Below, piece after piece: positions 9,900 through 16,798 of a DNA stretch of 16,798 bases. The notes under the pieces are model-generated. The model did not search any database, had not been told where the DNA came from, and saw only the letters and a program-made list of their open reading frames with translations. How positions within the stretch are numbered: the first letter of the stretch is position 1; each line of letters starts with the position of its first letter. This stretch comes from Vitrella brassicaformis CCMP3155 (Eukaryota; Protista; Chromerida). Location: contig CDMY01000827.1 of assembly GCA_001179505.1 (NCBI GenBank), forward strand, positions 1-16,798, given 5' to 3'. Both the position numbers and the translations under genes were made by a program.

Positions 9900-10430
9900 A
9901 AGTCACACATATACGCCCCCTCACCCTCCCGCCCCCTCATCCCCCGGCCATGTACACCCATCCCCCCTGGCTCGGCAAGGGGAGGATGAAGAGACGCGAG
10001 GGACGGCCACCCAGACGAACCACACCCAGCTGCTCGCGCCTCGAGATGGGTGATGTGGTCAGAGGAACGCCAGCGACCGCGTGCAGCCACCTTCCACGGC
10101 AGGCTGCGCCAGAGGGTCCGACCCATCGGCACGGTGTCATCCGGCCGATGTGTGTGTGGCGTCTGTGGTGCGGCCGTCATCCCGCCATCTTGGGCGATAG
10201 AAGCGTCGAGGGGGCTGAGCGGGAAGGGGATGGGGGAGAGCAGGGGCCGCACGCACAGCGTCAACGGAAACAGCGGCGTATGTCACCCCGAACCGATCGC
10301 CCGATGCGGCGAAGGCCATCAATGGGCGCCATCGGTGCTCGAACACTGGCGATGAAGAGAGGGGCGAGCCGACAGAGAGTCAGCAACTCGCCGCGGACCC
10401 GCGGCCACAGCCTCGCCCAGCGAACGGACT
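9900..10430 (-). pseudogene. RNase H domain remnant of a DIRS-like pol
   Basis: LWPRVRGELLTLCRLAPLFIASVRAP (~10420-10330), LDAS (~10200) and WKVAARGRWRSSDHITHLEARAA (~10096-10030) match, from my knowledge of the family, the LWxxVRxEL / DAS / GxWxxxxHIxxLEARA pattern of DIRS-type RNase H. The motifs are split across frames. Confidence 0.72.
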
Positions 10431-11438
10431 TCTCTATCTCGCCGCGAGACATTTCGCCAGCCAGCCGCGATCGCGCCACCACCGTTCTCCCATCGCTCCC
10501 AGCTGTGGTAAGCCCCTTTGCCAAGCCTACCTCCCTGCTGCGCACGTATTTCTCACACTGGGCCGGTTCGTCTGCGAGGAGGACCTGTTTTTGAAGACTA
10601 ACCTGCAAGAGGCTTATTGCAACAACAGCCTGACAGCTGCTAATCAATCGCCGTACAAGATGGGGTCCATGCTGAGAACCCTGAGCACTCCGAACTGTCC
10701 CTCCTTCTCGTGAACCGTCCCTCTGGCTCATCTGTTGCCTTAACGGGCAACGGTCTTCAGCCCAGAGAAAGGACACGCAGACCATGTTTCTGTCTCCTTC
10801 TCTCCTCTGTTATTGCAGGACGTTCTGTCGGTGTCTGGAGTCTCCAGCCATCTGCCTAATATCCCCCTCGCTCTGCACCATGCAAGCATGCCATAAGATG
10901 CGCCGGCATAGGGCCAGCCGGCCCCACACCCCCCGACGACCAGAGGGGGGTGTGGCGGCTGGCTGGCTTCCTGCTGTATAACCGTGTGGCGTCTCTATCT
11001 CCTCTTATGCATCACATTATAGATGAGGAGAATCAGAAATCACTTGCGCATATGCGTGTCATATGGGACCCGTTTTCTTATTCGTATGGCGCCATATCTG
11101 TAGCCGTAAGGGCCCATCTATATTTGCTGCTATCTGCTCTTCTTGAATGCATACATGTGTACCGCAGATCAATGACACCTTGGATATTTACCGCATCGGT
11201 CGTGGGGTCAGTCGTGGGCGCTGACCCCTATAACAAATTGCTTCTCCCTCTCCGAACAGTTCCGAATCGAACCCCTTCCTCGTTAAAGTTGTCGACGAGA
11301 ACCGTTTAACCGTTCTTTTTTCTGACATCTACATAAACAAGGGCGACCAGAACGTCTGATCTAGAGTCTGTAACGTTCAAGCTGTTTCGAATTTTATGGT
11401 TCCGAAAGCGTCTTTGGTTTTTTGTACGTTCCCCAAAC

Positions 11439-14062
11439 ATGTCGGGTGTTCTTATTCTGATTCAGCTGTGTGTCTTTCTTGTATTTGAGAGGGGCGTGCG
11501 ACATTGCCACGCTATCAGTGACAAAGAGGTGGCAGATCGGAACGCGCAACAGCTGCTTCGGTCTCTCAAAGCCGCTGGCATCGACCCCAGGGCGGGACCG
11601 CCGAAGCTCAGACGCAGACGACCCGAAGAACACCCTCGAGCCCTCTATGCACCTGGAGGCTCTGAGGAGGGAGACGCCCTTTGTCTATGCTCATCCCCTC
11701 CCGAACGCCGTCCTCGTCTCGCCGTACACATCAATTGCCTTCAGGCCGAAGGACAAGGTGGATAAAGGCAGCATCAAGGACAAGATTAGTGTGCAAGGCG
11801 ACGCCTCCGGCAACCACACGGGAAACACGAAGCTTCTGAGCGACGGCCGAACTGTGTATTTCACGCCAGACGCCCCTTTCACACCTGGTGAGTCTGTTCG
11901 AGTGACAGTAGGGAAGGGAATCAAGAGTAGAAAGGGAGACCCCTTGCCTTCTCGTGGAGCTTTACCATGTCGTGGAACAAGATGGACACATACAAAGGGG
12001 CGACGACGCAAAAGAATGCCATTGACGAGCCTTCTTCACCCGAGACACTGGAACTCTTCAGAAAGGCTCAAGACAACAACTGGCTGCTGGGCATCCCCGC
12101 TGTCAACCAGCGAGCAGGGAAGGCAGACGACGCGGAGAATGTCAGTTGTGGTGAACAAATGCCTTCAGCCGAAGATTATGCCCCCAGTTGTGCATACAAA
12201 ACGATTCCGAAGAGCTATCCTCGCGCCAAGATCACTGTTGGAGGCAATCTCACGGCTTTATCAGCTGGATACCTCTTCACAAGCGGACCCCGTGACTGGC
12301 AAATGATCATGACGTCGACGGGCGATCCAGTCTACGTTCGTCAGGACCGCGTCGCATCTATCCTCACACCTACGCAGAACGGGGACCTATTGTCTTGGCC
12401 GTTGACCCAAGCTTCTCAGGATTATGAAGTTCTTGGCCCAGATTATGCTTTACGACACAGATTCCACGCCCCGCATGGAATAAGTGAGTCACTCAACAGA
12501 AGACGCAAAAGACCTGTAAATCTCTCTCGTGACAGAGTTCAACTGGCGTGAGTTTCTGCAAACCGAGAAGGGAACTGGATTACTCTTTGAGTAAGGACAA
12601 TGACATCTCGAAGTGTTACTCCCTGACTCGAAAGTGTTGTTGCCCTCACCCTCTTTTCCCCAGGATGGATATCCAGCTTTTGAGAATGGAAGATCTGGTT
12701 CCCCCCTTTGCAAGAGAAAAAATAAAGGGCGCTATTGGCGTCATCATCCACGAAATCAGTGTCGAAGGTAATGATTGAGTGTGGGTGTGGTTGGCATATT
12801 TCAGAGATCGCAACTTTCTCTCCGTTCTGAAAGGGGAGGTGGTGATGGAGTGGCGGTCTTGGGACCATCTTCTATTCAGTTTTTGGGAGGCTCCACTGTT
12901 TATTAAATATGAAAACTTGTGGGACCTACTTCACCAGAATTGTGAGCGACTCGAAGTGTTTTGCATTCACATCTTCGAATTCTGGAATCTCTTTTGCATT
13001 CGATAGCGCTAGACGAAGATGACGATGGGAACATTCTGCTATCGTGAGCGTGATTTTTGATCTCGCTTGAGTCATTGTTCCTTCCATTTCCTCAGGATGA
13101 GGAGAACGTCACAAATTGCAAAGATCGACAGGTATGACAATGCGATTGGCTGACATCGTCAGGACATTGTTCGTATGTCTCTCTCGTGCAGGGATACTGG
13201 TGAGGTACTGTGGCGTCTCGGCGGCAGGGGCGGTAACTTCAAGTAAGCTCGACTTTTTCTCAAGTGAAGGGAGAAAGTGAAAGTTTGCCGTTGTCATGTC
13301 ATTCGTTGTTTAGAATCGTCAACGATAAACGAGAGCATTTCGACAGCCAGCATGACGTGAGAGGCATCTGAGGCCACACGATATCGCACACACTTGTTTC
13401 ATGATCCGTAGGTGCGAAGTCTGGGCAACAACCGGATAAGCATTTTTGACAACGGGATTGATACCGGAAATGGAACTGCGCGAGGCCTTGAGTATGATTT
13501 GTACTTCGATTCTGACGGTCGTCCGACTGAAGCCCGGCTGGTGAATGAGTACGACACAGGCATCTACGCTTTCGCAATGGGCAGCTACAGACAAATGCCA
13601 AACGGCAACCGTGTGTATTGTTTGGGCCACGACAAGAATTATGAGAATTTTAATCCCTTTTACATTGAGACAGACCCTCAGGGCCGCGAGCTGATACGGA
13701 TGGATTGGATGGTGAAGAAGAAGTCATTTATTGGCACGTATCGCACCGGCAAAGGTCCCTGGGTTGCGATACCCAAATGGCGACCCACAGCCCTTCTGGA
13801 CGACAATAACCCCACCAAGACACTGCGGCTTCACTTCTTGTGGAATGGCGCAACGGAGGTGAAGAAATGGCGGATAATGATGGGGAATAGTGACGGAGAG
13901 GAATTGACGGAGGTGTTTGCTGAGGTGGAGAAGAAGCAGTTTGAACATTGGATCGACGTTCCGCAAACCAAAAAGTGTCAGTACTTCCAAGCTGCGGCTC
14001 TCGATGCGAAGGGCAAGGAGATGAGCCGATCACCTACGGTCCACACGAAGCCATGTAGTTGA
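11439..14062 (+). CDS. Secreted arylsulfate sulfotransferase (ASST family) with an N-terminal SbsA/Big_5-like Ig domain. Exons 11439-12483, 12536-12590, 12664-12767, 12834-12941, 13007-13043, 13096-13131, 13192-13242, 13314-13356, 13412-14062. Two compensating frameshifts in exon 1 (~11586, ~11941), so either a pseudogene or an assembly error
   Basis: Signal-like MSGVLILIQLCVFLVF. Ig-like segment VSPYTSIAFRP...DGRTVYFTPDAPFTPGESVRVTV...PLAFSWSFT. Eight phase-compatible GT-AG introns (52, 73, 66, 65, 52, 60, 71, 55 nt) give IIHEISVEGEVVMEWRSWDHL...WDLLHQNSLDEDDDGNILLSMRRTSQIAKIDRDTGEVLWRLGGRGGNF...FDSQHDVR...ISIFDNG...MGSYRQMPNGN...WNGATEVKKW, which are typical ASST motifs. Exon total is 2130 nt. 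Confidence 0.87.
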
Positions 14063-14077
14063 CCAAGAAAGCTATGC

Positions 14078-14666
14078 GAGTAATGCGCTGTGTTGGCATT
14101 AGGGAAAACCTGTATGATGTTCGAGTGACTAAATGCCACCCTTACAGCAGCTTCGCTCGTGTCACATACGTTGCAGAGGGCCTTAAGTGATACCATGGAA
14201 TCGATCTAATCTGCTCTGCTTGAATAGGAAGGGATGCCTCCCTTCAGAGGCTGGCATAGAAGGAATGCTCCAGACCTCCTCCCGTCCCTTGCCATACACA
14301 AGGCTAATCGAGCATATCTCTCAGCCTGCAAGAGCGCGGATCATCAAGGAAGCGGCTGATTGACTGGGATGAGATTACACAGTCTCAAAAAGAGCTGTGT
14401 GTTGGCGCTTAATGCGAAGATGGTCGCTGTGTCCATACGTTGGGACTCGATGGGACCCCACGCGACTGCGTGTCGACGAACTGTTACGAGGGGGGAGGGG
14501 CCCCCGAGTAATGAGAGGCGATCGGCCAGACGGAGATTTCATTCATTCATTCATCAAGCGTTTCCTATGAACACACGCATGATGCATCCATGGAAATGGT
14601 CTAGCAGCCCTGCAAAAAACGAGGCAGAGACCAGGGCGGCGAGTCCGGCTCACCAAGGTTTCCCCT
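14078..14666 (+). repeat. Inner direct repeat R2, copy B (589 bp), starting 15 nt after the ASST stop codon
   Basis: Same orientation as 2881-3473 and ~99% identical to it. Similarity ends sharply after GGTTTCCCCT in both copies. Confidence 0.97.
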
Positions 14667-14849
14667 GGCTTTCGGATAAAAAATGCCAGTCCGTTTTCAC
14701 CCCGATGGCGCGGGGCTGCCCTGCTTGTATACTTCCCCCGGGCGAGGGGAGGTGGTGTGCCAAGTATATGTTGTGGGGGTGCGTGTACGCGTCTGTCTGG
14801 CGCTTCGTGTTCGTGTTGTGTGTGTACAGGTAAGTGTTCATCTCTGTCT

Positions 14850-14975
14850 GTCTCCCCTCCTTCCTCCCCCCCCCTGTCTTGTGTGTGTGTGTGTGTGTGG
14901 TGATATGTGTGTGGTCCCCGTCTCGTCTGTCTCTCTACCCTTCCTCCCTCCCTCCCTCCCTCCCTCCCCCCCTTT
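14850..14975. repeat. Compound microsatellite ((GT)n, (CTCC)n, poly-C)
   Basis: Directly visible simple repeats. Confidence 0.85.
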
Positions 14976-15309
14976 ATTTTGTGCAGAGGGTTGGGTTACG
15001 CATGAGGGTTGACTCTCATATGATTGCTTGGTCAAGTACGTGTCCACCTCGTCTGTGTCACGTAAGTGGCTATCCGCAGAAAGCACTGGGGTGTAGCCCA
15101 CGAAAACTGTCTTCCCCGTTCGCTCAGTTGCCTCTGTCTGACTTGCGGTCAATCACTATTCCTTACTCGCTATTTTCACCTAAAACAGCCGTCGGGCGTG
15201 CAGCCGTGTGTAGCACAGTCACAGCCATCAGCATGCATGTACATGCCCGCACCTGCCCGCACCTCTGTGTGTGTGTGGTGTGGTCAGTCAGTCGTGTGCC
15301 TGCTTCCCT

Positions 15310-15562
15310 GTCCTCGAGTAAGTCATGCAGCCACGCTCACGCACATACCCACATCAAGCCAAACCATCCATCCATCCATCCACTAGTCAGTTTGCCTAGT
15401 CTGTCACCTGTCTTTGGGGCCCGTCTCAGACGGGTTGCCCCGCGCTATGTGAAAGATACCGGGTTGCCCCGCGCTATGTGAAAGATACCGGGTTGCCCCG
15501 CGCTATGTGAAAGATACCGGGTTGCCCCGCGCTATGTGAAAGATACCGGGTGTGAAAGATAC
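15310..15562 (+). repeat. Outer direct repeat R1, right copy, including four perfect 29-bp minisatellite units (15432-15547)
   Basis: Matches 1-70 and 211-348. Units start at 15432, 15461, 15490 and 15519, followed by a partial GGGTGTGAAAGATAC. Confidence 0.95.
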
Positions 15563-16372
15563 TCGTACAGGCCTTTTTCATCTGAAGTCTTGAATGAATG
15601 AAATATCTCACCGGTGCGACAGAAACCCGCCAATTTGCGGTACTCGTGGGATTAGTAAGGTCGGCTGGAGTGGCTCTGGTAGTCTCTGGTTTTCTGGTTT
15701 TCTGCCGTCCCCCCGGGCTCTTGAGCCGTCCAGGTATGTAGTGGGCACAGAGAGCGCCGCGCCATTGTTGGCGGTGCGGCTGCCAAGGAATCCGTAGGAG
15801 CTTGTTTACTCTGACAGCGACTTGGATCATGTGAATGCGAAGTGTATGTGCACAAAAGCGAAAGCTGTGTCTTGCCGCATCCTTCTGTGTGGAAAAAGAC
15901 AGATTGTGCACAAGTACGAGAGTGACAAACTGGCGCGACAGGTGAACGCCATCGTTTGTGCCCTGGTTGGACATGGTTGGACAGTTCCTCCGCCTTTCAT
16001 CTCTCTCTATCGCCTTTCACATAGTTCGGCGGTGAACAGAGGGGAAGTAGAGGCATATGCATGATGGAAACAGAGCGGTGTGGAAACTTGTGCAGACGCT
16101 GAGCCACACGTGTCTCCGAAGCCACGCGATGTGATGGCCGTCAAACGACGAGGAATAGCAAGCTCAAGACAGCATCACAAACACCACGGCTAAAACGTTG
16201 GGCTCATGCTCGCATCCCTAGCTTGCCTGCTACTCCCTTTCCCCCCCCGCCTATCTCTCTAACGGCTCAGGCAGTGTCTTTGCTTCCATGGCGTTCTTAT
16301 GCACATGGTCAGACCAGTGTCTCAGGCAGAGCACCACTCATGGGGGGTATATATACTTATGGTGAGGCCTAA

Positions 16373-16798
16373 AACCTCTTTAATCATTCCTTTCCCGTGC
16401 CATTCCCACGTTTGCATCGTTCCTTTGCTCCTCCTTTGCGTGAGTGCCGGTGTGATCTTGACTCGCTGGTGTGTATGGCACCATACGTGCCATCGCACAT
16501 GTACATGGAAGTGCTTCAGCATGGACAAGATTGGCTGCATCGGCTTATTCAGCCGTTGCCAGCCTTTCCGCCATATGTAGCACTCCCTGCACACCAGCGA
16601 CGTGTGCTTTTTCTCTTTCGTACCGGTTGTCATCCCTCTGCTCTCATGGATGGCCGATTGATCGACTGTCCGCGTGAATATAGATCATGTGCTTTCTGCT
16701 CGCATCGTAATGATCTCTTAGTTTCGGTACGTGATGTAGGTGGTCATAGTGTGCCTCGTCCCCCAGTAGAGGATGAGACACATATACTTGTCTCGTGT
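16373..16798 (+). mobile_element. Non-LTR retrotransposon (LINE) ORF2 C-terminal fragment with CCHC zinc knuckle; runs off the window end
   Basis: A frame open from 16373 to the window end (absent from the ORF track because it has no stop) reads ...PPYVALPAHQRRVLFLFRTGCHPSALMDGRLIDCPREYRSCAFCSH...VEDETHILVSC, matching the LINE C-terminal pattern FRxGxHxL...GR...PRxxRxCxxC...VEDExHxLxxC. Confidence 0.85.

Larger units (their letters stand above)
8985..10600 (-). mobile_element. Degenerate tyrosine-recombinase retrotransposon (DIRS/Ngaro-like) remnant: RT-thumb/RNase H followed by YR; boundaries approximate
   Basis: RNase H-like motifs lie directly upstream of a YR on the same strand, the order found in DIRS-group elements. 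There are multiple frameshifts and deletions, and no recognisable RT catalytic core or gag. Confidence 0.8.

Noticed and set aside
11888-11934. Intron as the preferred explanation of the second ASST frameshift
   Set aside because: It restores frame and has a good donor, but deletes ESVRVTVGKGIKSRK, an integral-looking strand of the Ig fold, and is shorter than all confident introns. A single-C indel is more parsimonious. Kept only as an alternative.
2881-14666. Canonical LTR retrotransposon with R2 as LTRs
   Set aside because: No TG...CA ends flush with the homology limits, no TSD, no PBS or PPT, and no gag, protease, RT or DDE integrase inside.
15600-16070. Small exons or the 80-aa ORF 15822-16064
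   Set aside because: Splice-like sites are present, but I found no coherent frame or recognisable domain.

Overview
Eukaryotic genomic DNA with short 52-73 nt GT-AG introns and many (CATC)n/(CA)n/(GT)n microsatellites. The style suggests a chromerid/alveolate such as Vitrella, but that is inference only. Two spliced secretory-pathway genes can be assembled by hand on the + strand: a glycosyltransferase family 90 (CAP10/POGLUT-like) gene at 5876-7777 (5 exons, 558 aa), and an arylsulfate sulfotransferase (ASST) gene with a signal peptide and bacterial-type Ig-like domain at 11439-14062 (9 exons, two mutually compensating frameshifts). Between them on the - strand is a decayed tyrosine-recombinase (DIRS/Ngaro-like) retrotransposon with RNase H and YR remnants. 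This three-part block is bracketed by ~590-bp direct repeats of ~99% identity (2881-3473 and 14078-14666), nested inside a second pair of direct repeats carrying a 29-bp minisatellite (1-390 and 15310-15562). Other features are an 80-bp structured motif in three copies, a 20-bp-period array just upstream of the GT90 gene, and a LINE ORF2 C-terminal fragment running off the right edge. Most ORFs in the supplied track are spurious. No tRNA, rRNA or CRISPR array is supported.
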